A stretch of 63,513 nucleotides of DNA, filler included, from Sanchytrium tribonematis (Eukaryota): assembly GCA_018985235.1 (NCBI GenBank). It is 30 parts of 30 records of this genome, joined end to end, with 100 filler letters (N's around TTAATTAATTAA, not from the genome) between each part and the next. Parts side by side here need not be neighbours in the genome. Positions count along the whole stretch, not along the records: positions 30,879 to 46,682 come from JADGIG010000143.1; 29 more parts are not named here. One strand, given 5' to 3'. A model generated the notes under the pieces. It made no database searches. It was not told where the DNA came from and saw only the letters and a program-made list of their open reading frames with translations. A program made the translations under genes and the position numbers. Below are positions 32,806-42,127 of this stretch, one piece after another; position 1 is the stretch's first letter, and each line of letters starts with the position of its first letter.

Positions 32806-33756
32806 TTACTTAATTTGTGCAAATCTAGCCAACACTGATACGCACCCAATAATAGTTTCATTTCCGTATTGACTTGACTGATACAATCTCTCAGCAATCA
32901 TTTTAGCCATTGTAGGTCGTAAAAGACCCTCTTTTAGTGGCATATATTTAATGACACGCAGCATTGTTGTCATGATATCGTTTGGCGAATAGCCTTGTTT
33001 ATAAAGACCATGAATTTTTTCAATTGCTCCATCCAAATCCTTATTTAGACAGGATCTTATGCCTTCTTGCACTATAGTTGGATGTGGTGTATCTGCAACT
33101 TTATAAACAGTCTCAGCAGTTAATGGGCGTGTAAATGTACTTGCACTTTGTAAAATATTCAAGGCTTGCCTCATATCGCCCTCAGAGGTAAATGCAACGG
33201 CCTTGACGAATTCATTTGTAATCTCTATACTTTCCAAATCAGCAATTTGCCTAATTCTTTCACTAATTTCTTCGTCTGTAATACGGGCATATCTTAAAAT
33301 CGCACATCGACTTTGGATTGGCTCCAGAACTTTACTACTTAAATTACAAGCCAATGCAAATCTTGTTGTGTTTGAATAAACTTCCATAATTCTGCGCAAT
33401 GCTTGCTGTGATCCGGTCGTCATGCTATCGACTTCGTCAAGAATAATGATTTTAAACATATTTGGAGGAAGGGTGACTTTTTGCTGAGCAAATTGCTTAA
33501 TTTGATTTCGCACAACATCTATGCCTCTTTCATCACTCGCATTGAGTTCTAATACGGCTTGTTTGTAATGTTCACCTAACAAGTCATGCGCCAAAGCGTG
33601 AATGCTTGAGGTTTTGCCAATTCCAGCAGATCCAGTTAATAGCAAATGTGGCATATTTTTACTTACTAAAATGCCCTTGAGTCTTTGAACGATTTCTGGA
33701 TTACCTATAACATCTGTTAATGATTTTGGTCTATACTTTTCAACTAGTGGTAACAT
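32806..33756 (-). CDS. RFC4: Replication factor C small subunit (yeast Rfc4 / human RFC2)
   Basis: PLVEKYRP, GSAGIGKT, ELNASDERGIDVVRN, LDEVDSMT, IQSRC; likely ATG at 33756. Confidence 0.93.
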   Translation of the reverse strand: MLPLVEKYRPKSLTDVIGNPEIVQRLKGILVSKNMPHLLLTGSAGIGKTSSIHALAHDLLGEHYKQAVLELNASDERGIDVVRNQIKQFAQQKVTLPPNMFKIIILDEVDSMTTGSQQALRRIMEVYSNTTRFALACNLSSKVLEPIQSRCAILRYARITDEEISERIRQIADLESIEITNEFVKAVAFTSEGDMRQALNILQSASTFTRPLTAETVYKVADTPHPTIVQEGIRSCLNKDLDGAIEKIHGLYKQGYSPNDIMTTMLRVIKYMPLKEGLLRPTMAKMIAERLYQSSQYGNETIIGCVSVLARFAQIK

Positions 33757-33919
33757 CTCCCTTTGTACCAAAATAAATCGTATTAATTCCATTAAATGAG
33801 TCATCACTTGAAGGCGTCGCTATTTAAAATAATATCAGAAGTTAAATCTGGAAATCATACTCCCATTTTTTGATTTGAGTACACAACAAACTTATATATA
33901 AAATTGATTATCAACTCAC

Positions 33920-33993
33920 GGTTTCATGGTGTAGTTGGTTATCACGTATCCCTTACAAGGATAAGGTCTCCAGTTCGATCCTGGATGAAACCA
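33920..33993 (+). tRNA. tRNA-Val(TAC), intronless
   Basis: Acceptor GGTTTCA/TGAAACC; anticodon arm TATCC-CTTACAA-GGATA; T arm CCAG-TTCGATC-CTGG. Confidence 0.95.
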
Positions 33994-34042
33994 TTGATTT
34001 TTGCTTCGCTCAAATAGCGTCATTTGGATATTTCGGCAATGA

Positions 34043-34975
34043 ATGATTCCCCTGATGATGCTATTTACTTTTGCTTTTGCTTTCACTTCTATTTACCAAA
34101 AGTGTATACAAAAATATGGAAAATATCCTTACTTGCAGCTATATGATTCCTATTCTCCTTTTGTCTACGGGAAATATGTCAAATGCAATAAATGGAGCAG
34201 TCTAATGGCTAAGGGAATGGTATATTTAATTTGGCCCACTAAAAATGAGACTGCGGTGCTTGAAGAGAGACTTTCACATTTTGCTGCTGTTGGGATTTCA
34301 AATAGATGGGTAGATGTTTATGATAATCGGAGCACCACTCATGTTAAAACCAATTACTATGGTGATGTTCATTTTAAATACAATTTCTCTTCTCAAGTAT
34401 ATTCGCTGAATACAAGTGCAAATGTGGTGCCAGTAAAGGCCAAGCTTGTCATTTCAGATATTGATGATACTTTAAAAATATCTAATATTACTAGCTTAAG
34501 AAAGGCACTAATTGCTTTATTGATGCAGCCACTTCAACCATTTCAAGATATTGTCCCCGTCATGAATCGATGGAGTGCATCCAACGTTTCTTTTGCATAC
34601 ATTTCGGCCGGCTTTAAGCAATCATTTAATTTCATTGAACCATTCATACACAAGTACTTTCCTCCAGGTCCAGTCCTATTGCGATCTGTTGGATTATCAA
34701 CATTTATGGAAAAAGATGGTATTTTTGCATTCAAAGTCGCCACAATCTTAGAATTATTGTCAACAAGTGATACCTGCAATGTTACTTTAATCGGTGACTC
34801 CACTCAAGTAGACGCAAAGGTGTATTCCTATATTTACAAATTATATCCTAGTCGAATTGACCACATTTTTATCAGGCTTGTGCATGCTTTTCAAGCTCCG
34901 AAAGTAAAGGAATATTTGAAGGGTGTACCCCATATTCTATTTTCCAATGCCGCGCAATTACCAGATAAATTGTAA
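34043..34975 (+). CDS. App1-type (DUF2183) phosphatidate phosphatase with signal peptide
   Basis: VISDIDDTLK, FPPGPVLLR, LIGDSTQVDAKVY, IFIR. Confidence 0.85.
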   Translation: MIPLMMLFTFAFAFTSIYQKCIQKYGKYPYLQLYDSYSPFVYGKYVKCNKWSSLMAKGMVYLIWPTKNETAVLEERLSHFAAVGISNRWVDVYDNRSTTHVKTNYYGDVHFKYNFSSQVYSLNTSANVVPVKAKLVISDIDDTLKISNITSLRKALIALLMQPLQPFQDIVPVMNRWSASNVSFAYISAGFKQSFNFIEPFIHKYFPPGPVLLRSVGLSTFMEKDGIFAFKVATILELLSTSDTCNVTLIGDSTQVDAKVYSYIYKLYPSRIDHIFIRLVHAFQAPKVKEYLKGVPHILFSNAAQLPDKL

Positions 34976-34992
34976 ATAAAAATGTAATTTAC

Positions 34993-36717
34993 TTATTCTT
35001 TTTTCTTTAGTTCAGAAGCCTCAGCTTTCCTACGACAATATGGGCAACATTGTTGATTTTCTAACCATTGATTTATACAGCTGCCACAGAATTCATGACC
35101 ACATGGCAGGAAATGATTATTGGATATTAAATCACGACAAATAGGACAATGTTGAGCATCACTATCAACTGCGACCGTTTTGCAGCTTGCGCAAGTTCTT
35201 TCTTTAATAAATTCGGATAATTCAACTCTTTTGTAATCAGCATAATCTAATTTAGGCGCTACATTTTTACATTCGATGTCTTTTAAGGAGCATAATGGAT
35301 AATGCCCATTTTTGTCAGCCACATTCCAATTGACGCACATATGGTCAAAAGTATAGATGTAAATTTCCAACATTTGGACAAAATCCTTATCAATACATCC
35401 TACATACTCTTCCGTAGGTTGATCAAGGGCGTTATTACTTCTACTACTTTTTAATTTCTGAAGCAATTGAGAAAATGCATTCTTCTTCTTAGTGTGGGAT
35501 TGTGATTTTTCAATGTGAGTTACAAATCGTTTTGCCAAGGTGTGCAATGGTGTTGTTCCAAATTCAACTGCATCGAGGGTCATGGAATTCGAATTTTTGT
35601 CCGTAATTGCGAATGACAAAATGCTTTTAATATTTTCAAAAGTCTTCATATCGAATTCGCCATCCTTGAGTGGAATCAAAGGCATTTGATGAATGACGCT
35701 ACTAGTCAATTTGATATTGCATTTCTTTAAAATGTCCAAGAACTCAACAAGATCATAATGCTTCATGTTGCTAATTGTAAATTGCTCATTCTGACTGAGC
35801 GCCTCCACATCAATGGTTTTACAGTAGTTGAGAACTTGCAGACTCAATTGCTGATGTTTTGAGATTTGTTTGTCTTTCAAAAGTGGCTTCAAATCTTTCA
35901 AGTACAAGCTAATTTGGTAATAATATTCATAAATTTGATCTCCGCTACTTGGCAATTGCATGATATTTTCCAATAGATTTGTATATACAGGTGAATTCGG
36001 TAAGTCAAGCCCCTTTTCAAATAAAAGTGATAATTCTTGTTGAGACCAAATTCGTTTCTCCAAAATAGATTTGCCTTGATGAACGTGTTTTGGGTCACAG
36101 TAATGCAACATTGAAATTAGTTCATTCACATCACCAGCATAAATAAGAGGTGACTCATATTGGTCCAAACCAGACAATCTTTGTCTGTGATAATAAATTA
36201 AGCATTTCTTGTTCAACATAAAGTACTGATTAATAATGGTGACATGCTTATACACAGATAAAGGCATTACGGCTTCATCTCTATAATAATCACAAATTCT
36301 CTGCATGCAAGGCAGGTCCAATTGGATGGAATCCACAGTTTCCAAATAAGCTAATAATGGCTCCAAGTCGCCAGATACGATTTTAATCTCCATTTTAAAA
36401 AACTTGTGAAGATACACCCACGTTAAAGCAGTGATGTCCACCTTGTGGATCTCGCTTGAAATCAATTCAGGAGTCAAATATTCAATATACAAAGGGTAGC
36501 TTGTCAACACTTGCCTAGCAACATGTTGAAGTAATAGTTTAGAAGGTACAAGTTGGTTTTTTAATAAATATAACCAGGTCTCAATTGGTAAGCTATCATA
36601 ACAAGCCTGAACATCTACCAAATTATTAGGCTGGAGGCTGAGATTTAAGAAATGAGTTAATATAAGATGCTTTCTATGATTTGGATTCTTCTTCTCTAAA
36701 GCTTCAATCGTAAACAT
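34993..36717 (-). CDS. C-terminal RING-finger protein with ankyrin-like segment
   Basis: CPIC...LPCGHEFCGSC..W.....CPYCR; TTPLHTLA. Confidence 0.8.
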   Translation of the reverse strand: MFTIEALEKKNPNHRKHLILTHFLNLSLQPNNLVDVQACYDSLPIETWLYLLKNQLVPSKLLLQHVARQVLTSYPLYIEYLTPELISSEIHKVDITALTWVYLHKFFKMEIKIVSGDLEPLLAYLETVDSIQLDLPCMQRICDYYRDEAVMPLSVYKHVTIINQYFMLNKKCLIYYHRQRLSGLDQYESPLIYAGDVNELISMLHYCDPKHVHQGKSILEKRIWSQQELSLLFEKGLDLPNSPVYTNLLENIMQLPSSGDQIYEYYYQISLYLKDLKPLLKDKQISKHQQLSLQVLNYCKTIDVEALSQNEQFTISNMKHYDLVEFLDILKKCNIKLTSSVIHQMPLIPLKDGEFDMKTFENIKSILSFAITDKNSNSMTLDAVEFGTTPLHTLAKRFVTHIEKSQSHTKKKNAFSQLLQKLKSSRSNNALDQPTEEYVGCIDKDFVQMLEIYIYTFDHMCVNWNVADKNGHYPLCSLKDIECKNVAPKLDYADYKRVELSEFIKERTCASCKTVAVDSDAQHCPICRDLISNNHFLPCGHEFCGSCINQWLENQQCCPYCRRKAEASELKKKE

Positions 36718-37077
36718 ATTATTTGGCCTATTTTACAAATTAGAAAAATGGATTTTCCCGATATTTATAGCTGTTTTGACTCCTCGGAGATTCTGGTGAC
36801 AATATTTCATTGGTTTACAATGCGATGGATCATAGCACGAGACCCTATTAATGAAGTAATCGATGTCACAGATACTGAACTTGGTAGATGCTTTATCGAC
36901 CGATCATGTTGATTGTTTTACGACACTAAATTGGAAGCAACTGTCTGAATTGGGATGCATTTTGTGAATTCTAGACACTCGAATATGGAATATTGTAGAA
37001 TATTAACGATGCCAATTAAAGGTTTCCAGTAACGCGAGACTAGTAAAAGTCAAACTAATAAGAATGCACAGATAAAT

Positions 37078-38589
37078 TTACTGTATCTTCGCTGCCAATT
37101 TTATCATTAATTCGTCAAACAATAATTTATCAACTTTTAAATATTCAGGTGCATTCTTAGGGACGTAGTGGTCTCGCTTCGATTTCGGAGGCAGATAACT
37201 TTGAAAGGGCGACAAATAAACGTACTTTATGACTTTTGCATCACTTTTCTTTAATAATTCTTCTTGTGCTTTTCTGATCATGGTCAAAACTGATTTTGAC
37301 TTGTCATGAACTTTTCTTGTAGGAGTTACGGATACCTGGATCCCATAAATGATATTTCCGTTAATAACAAAGAAATCAAATGTGGGGAAATCAGGCCATG
37401 ATCGATACATGACCTTTTGCAACTTGGATTGACCCGTATACGCTGCAAATGAGTCCCATTCTAATGTAACATAGCCCATAGATTCCTTTTGTTGTGTATG
37501 GTCATGTATAACTAGAGTTTTAGAATGTTGAAATACAAAACAGCAATATTCCTCAAACACGTCTTCTTTTGAAGTTCCAAAGTGGACTAATGCAAACTTA
37601 ATCATATCTTTTTCAAGATTCAAATCAAGGATTGAGTGTCTTAAAATCTCGTGAACGAAGTGACCATGTAAATCGACAATTCCTGCCGATTGCCAAAATA
37701 TATCAATTAATGCAGAATTGTTTACGGCTGCTATTCTCAAAACTTTGAGATAATGAAAGAGATCATTAACTACCAGTTTTGTGTAGAGATTCTGAATTTT
37801 CCGACAAAATAATAGCCGAAGTTTGTTAGTACAATCTTCTTCAGAATGGCAACCGTAAAATTCGCAAGCAAGTCCAATAATACCGTTGGAGAGTCTTGAA
37901 AGATCTTCTGGTAATAAATTGGACTCAATGCTCAATGCTTTGATGTTGTCGGTAGATACTTTGGATAAGCAAATAAACTCTACTTTCTCAAGCTCGTAAT
38001 TGTAACGGATATTGTCGTTTTGAGGATCCCAAGATCCATTTCCTGCAAGGATGTATAAAATTTTCCTTTCTTGTGCAATGTACAAATTTTCAAATGTCTT
38101 TGAAACCGTTTCCCATCCATCTAAAATAAAAGCTACATCGTTGTAAAGAGCTAATCCAAATAACATATTAGTTATCTCTTCCAATGTCTTGGCTTCTGAT
38201 AGCCCTAAAAAGTAGTTGATAAAAGACTTGTCTGCCTCTATACCACTAGCAATCTCAGCCCTCACTTTGTCCATATAGGCTCTATTCATTTCTTCAAATT
38301 CAGAATAATTCTTATGTTGACTATACGCATTATTTACATAAAGTACTATAAACTCTTTTGACAAGGCATACTCACAGCATTGCTTTAATACAGTGGACTT
38401 GCCTATGTTCCAGTTACCATAAACCACCATGACATTCTTCTTTAACTCATGCGGATGTTTTTCAATCGCTTTTTTAATCATATTTGGCATTTTTATAATC
38501 ATTTTCTTGTTATTTGAATTATACACCGCATCTATATTCCACTTCTGAATTGTTTCATTTGTATTTAATTTTTGTTTTTTGAATCTCAT
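37078..38589 (-). CDS. P-loop NTPase plus PD-(D/E)xK-like nuclease (Crinkler/RHS-like architecture)
   Basis: Walker A GNWNIGKS, Walker B FILDG; C-terminal FEEY...FPTFDF...GIQVS. Confidence 0.65.
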   Translation of the reverse strand: MRFKKQKLNTNETIQKWNIDAVYNSNNKKMIIKMPNMIKKAIEKHPHELKKNVMVVYGNWNIGKSTVLKQCCEYALSKEFIVLYVNNAYSQHKNYSEFEEMNRAYMDKVRAEIASGIEADKSFINYFLGLSEAKTLEEITNMLFGLALYNDVAFILDGWETVSKTFENLYIAQERKILYILAGNGSWDPQNDNIRYNYELEKVEFICLSKVSTDNIKALSIESNLLPEDLSRLSNGIIGLACEFYGCHSEEDCTNKLRLLFCRKIQNLYTKLVVNDLFHYLKVLRIAAVNNSALIDIFWQSAGIVDLHGHFVHEILRHSILDLNLEKDMIKFALVHFGTSKEDVFEEYCCFVFQHSKTLVIHDHTQQKESMGYVTLEWDSFAAYTGQSKLQKVMYRSWPDFPTFDFFVINGNIIYGIQVSVTPTRKVHDKSKSVLTMIRKAQEELLKKSDAKVIKYVYLSPFQSYLPPKSKRDHYVPKNAPEYLKVDKLLFDELMIKLAAKIQ

Positions 38590-39019
38590 TCAAATCCACA
38601 AAAGTGAAACGAGACCAAATATTTGTTTAACAAGAATTGCGGAGTTCCTGGTTGTTGTGACTGAACTTATTGTTTGTTTTTGTCCAGTCTCGTAAAAATT
38701 TCATATCAAAATGACAAATTCATTCCTCTTCTATTTGTTGCATAAAGACTATAGCAAGGCGTGTCGCACGATTTCGCCTATATTTTACTGATTATTGTTA
38801 CATCAAACAGAAATTTTTACAAATCTATTGCATACCGGTTTTATCGGTTATCGCCAAAGTTTCATATGCCAACAAACCGTCTCAAGAGTTTTTTTAAAAC
38901 GACAAAATCAGATCTTCTTAATTTTCTCTATATAAGATCGACAATTTTTCTTTTTGAAAGTGCGTCCCATCTGGCTGCCAAGATTGAATAATAGATTGTA
39001 CTAAGTGGCTTTATCGATT

Positions 39020-40865
39020 ATGAATATCCATGAAATTACAGAACAGTATATGTTGTTGCTAGAAAACAATATGAATGATTTAACAGCAACCAAGAAATTT
39101 ATACGCGAGAAGCAAAAGATTGATCAAGAATATAGTAATAAAATACGTCAATTATGTCAAATCGAAAAGAAAGAGAAAAAAGAAGACAAAAAGGAGGAAA
39201 ATGGGTTCGAATTATCCTTAACGAATATGATGATGACTAGTACGCTTCAGTGTTTGACTCTGAGTGAAAATTTAAATGAAAATTTAAAAGAAGGTCTGCA
39301 TGTTAATTTGAAAAAGTACTCTGATGTATATGAACAGCGATTAAAGAAAATCAGAGATAGTACCAATATACTAATGGGAATGGTGAATGAGAGTGAAGCT
39401 TCGCGTGTTACTGAGAAAAATAATTACCAAGAAGAATTTTCGAGATGTACACAATTGAAAAGCAAACAACGAAAACAAGAAGAAAAAGCTGTAGCTACAT
39501 CCAAATTTAAAAATTATCTAAGTAGCACACAAACACTAAAGGTTCTTCAAACTGAAAAATTGGAGATGATAAATGCGAGAAATAGATATTATTTAGCTAG
39601 TGTTTATCACCAGAATTTATTAAATCAAAGCAGAATTGAATTTTTTCCATATTATGTCAAGCAACTTGAAGTTATTCATGATGATTTTATAGACAATCGT
39701 AAATATTTTAGTGATAATCTTTTAGAATCTCAAATACTTCATTTGGATGAAATGGCGACTGTACTAAGAAAAATTCGAGATAGTCCATCATTGATGGATG
39801 ATCCTTCTGTCTTGGTGAGACTATTTTTGGATATTCCAAGTAAGGAAGCTGTTGGAAAAGTGAATGCGAGATATTTGGATATTGCTGATGTCAAAGAATT
39901 ATTTAAAGTTGAAGAAGCCGATATTTATGATTTTGGAATTAACGCATTTGCACCAACAGCCTTCCTTGTTCTGGAAAATGTGCTTAGTAAAGCACAAACA
40001 AATCACAAAGAATTGAGTCAAAAATTGGAGGGATTTACAAAGCCAATAGACATTGGTAATAAAAAATATGTAGGAATCAAGGATGTTGAAAACTACAATT
40101 TGATCAACGATAACGATTTAGAACAACTAGCTCAAAATTCGAGGAAATTTGTTGAGTTGAGTCAATTATTTGCCTACGAGGCGCAAAAGGAAGAGTTGGA
40201 TAAATTTTTCAACAGTAAAGATATGAAGGTTGAAAAGGAATCTGAGTGGCATTTGTTCGAGGAGACCACGCTCAAAAAAATACAAGAATGTGCTGGATGT
40301 AAGGCAAAAATTTGGGGGAAAGGACTTAAATGTAAACACTGCAGAACTTGCGTTCACTTAAAGTGTGAAACGAAAGCCGAGAATAATTGTGAAGAAATGA
40401 GAAAGAAAATAGCCGAAACAATATCCGATGATATGACACTAAATAGATCTGAAGAATTTAATTCATCCTTCCAAAACAAATCAGAAGTATCAAATAGCAA
40501 TTTGGGAAAACTCGAATTGTTCGTAAGTGAAGAATTGCTTTCCAAATTTGCCTATGCAAAGGCAGACATAACACTCGAAAACGGTATTTCTTTTTTACTT
40601 AGATGGAGATACCATTGTACTTGGACAAGGAAGTATAGTAGAAATAATAGACACAGAGCTTTCTACAGGAAACGCAAAAATCAGGTATGAAGACAAGATA
40701 TACTTCACAAAATTAAGTGGGCTTAGCTCCATGGAAAAATCACAAACAGATAGGCTGGAAACCTTGGACAGAATGTCTCAAATGAAATCAGCATCTATAC
40801 CGCAAACCTCAAATCGTTCAAGAGGATCATCTGTATCGTCTAGACTTTCACAATTGAAATCATAA
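39020..40865 (+). CDS. F-BAR + C1 + degenerate SH3 protein (Bzz1-like); exons 39020-40583 and 40603-40865
   Basis: FIREKQKIDQEYSNKI F-BAR start; C1 HLF..CAGC..CKHC..VHLKC; removing the 19-nt intron gives an open 3' exon ending TAA at 40865. Confidence 0.75.
40584..40602 (+). other. 19-nt spliceosomal intron (predicted)
   Basis: GTATTTCTTTTTTACTTAG; phase 1. Confidence 0.7.
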
Positions 40866-40963
40866 AAATAAACTAATCTCGATTTAACCAGCTGATTGGT
40901 TGATGATCAATTGTTTTTAAAGTGACCGCTCCTTGCTTCAGCACTAAGCTTGTGAAATTTACA

Positions 40964-41548
40964 ATGCGAAAACAATTGATCAAATGTGTAGTGTTAGGAG
41001 ACGCAAGTGTAGGTAAAACCTCACTTATTCACCAATTCGTTTACAATACCTTTCAAGAAAATTATAAAGCAACAATTGGGGCAGATTTTATGACCAAAGA
41101 AGTTTTCATTTCGGATACGCTTTGTACTTTACAATTATGGGATACCGCCGGAATGGAAAAGTTTGCTAGTCTTGGAGTTGCTTTTTATAGAGGAGCAGAT
41201 GTTTGTGTATTATGTTTTGACTTGACAAATGCAGCAACCTTGGAGCATGTTTTGAAATGGAAAGATGAATTCAATGTTCATGCAAACCCAAATCAAGATT
41301 TCACATTTATTTGCGTAGGTAACAAATGCGATGCAAAAGAAAGAGTTATCACACATGATCAGGCTGCGTTATTTTGTAAGCAAAACTCAATGCAATACAT
41401 GGAATCTAGTGCAAAAGATAACATAAATGTGAAGGAAATATTTGAATTAGTCGCAGAGCGAGGTATTTTGCATGTGAAGAAAGACCAAGATCAACCACAG
41501 CATGTAGACTTTACGGAAATATCAAATCAGAATAAAGGATGTTGTTGA
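40964..41548 (+). CDS. Rab7-like GTPase
   Basis: GDASVGKT, YKATIGADF, WDTAGMEKF, SLGVAFYRGAD, GNKCD, SAK, C-terminal CC. Confidence 0.92.
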   Translation: MRKQLIKCVVLGDASVGKTSLIHQFVYNTFQENYKATIGADFMTKEVFISDTLCTLQLWDTAGMEKFASLGVAFYRGADVCVLCFDLTNAATLEHVLKWKDEFNVHANPNQDFTFICVGNKCDAKERVITHDQAALFCKQNSMQYMESSAKDNINVKEIFELVAERGILHVKKDQDQPQHVDFTEISNQNKGCC

Positions 41549-41581
41549 TTCAAAATAAAAGGGCTAAATTTATTACAGTAA

Positions 41582-41773
41582 TTATCTTGCTTCAAATTGG
41601 ACCATTCTTCTGGTTCGTTTCTTTAAAAGAATTCTAAATCCACAACTAGTGCATCTCACGGGTGCTTTTGGCTTAAGTTCAACATCAAAACCACAATCAG
41701 CACATGAATATAATATGGGTTCAGTTGATAGTGTTGGATTCACGCTTGCGTTTGAGTAAGGATCGTAATTCAT
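41582..41773 (-). CDS. RPB12: RNA polymerase common subunit RPABC4
   Basis: YSCADC...VRCTSCGFRILLKKRT..MVQFEAR. Confidence 0.95.
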   Translation of the reverse strand: MNYDPYSNASVNPTLSTEPILYSCADCGFDVELKPKAPVRCTSCGFRILLKKRTRRMVQFEAR

Positions 41774-41807
41774 TGTTGGTGTTTTATGGAGACAATTTTT
41801 GGCGAAC

Positions 41808-41830
41808 TGATTGGCTCAAAACACGTGAAA
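41808..41830 (+). promoter_or_regulatory. CCAAT-like box plus E-box in the RPB12/RPS30 bidirectional promoter
   Basis: TGATTGGCTC (41808-41817) and CACGTGAAA (41822-41830); the same pair lies upstream of RPL18. Confidence 0.55.
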
Positions 41831-41875
41831 TTTGTTTCTGTCAATAAATTTAACCAGGAATTTTAACAACACAAA

Positions 41876-42064
41876 ATGGCTAAACATCATGGTTCGTTAG
41901 CGCGTGCTGGTAAAGTTAAATCCCAGACACCTAAAGTAGAAAAAGTAGAGAAAAAGAAACCAATTACAGGAAGAGCAAAAAAGAGAATGTTATATAACAG
42001 AAGATTTGTCAACCCTACACTAGTTAATGGTAAATTCAAATGCAATCCAGCACCTGAGGTATAA
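41876..42064 (+). CDS. RPS30: 40S ribosomal protein eS30
   Basis: [17 protein letters not shown]...[14 protein letters not shown]. Confidence 0.97.
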   Translation: MAKHHGSLARAGKVKSQTPKVEKVEKKKPITGRAKKRMLYNRRFVNPTLVNGKFKCNPAPEV

Positions 42065-42127
42065 TAAATTGATACACAGAATTAAAACAATTTACAAGCC
42101 ACCATATTCTTTTTACATAAAATATAA

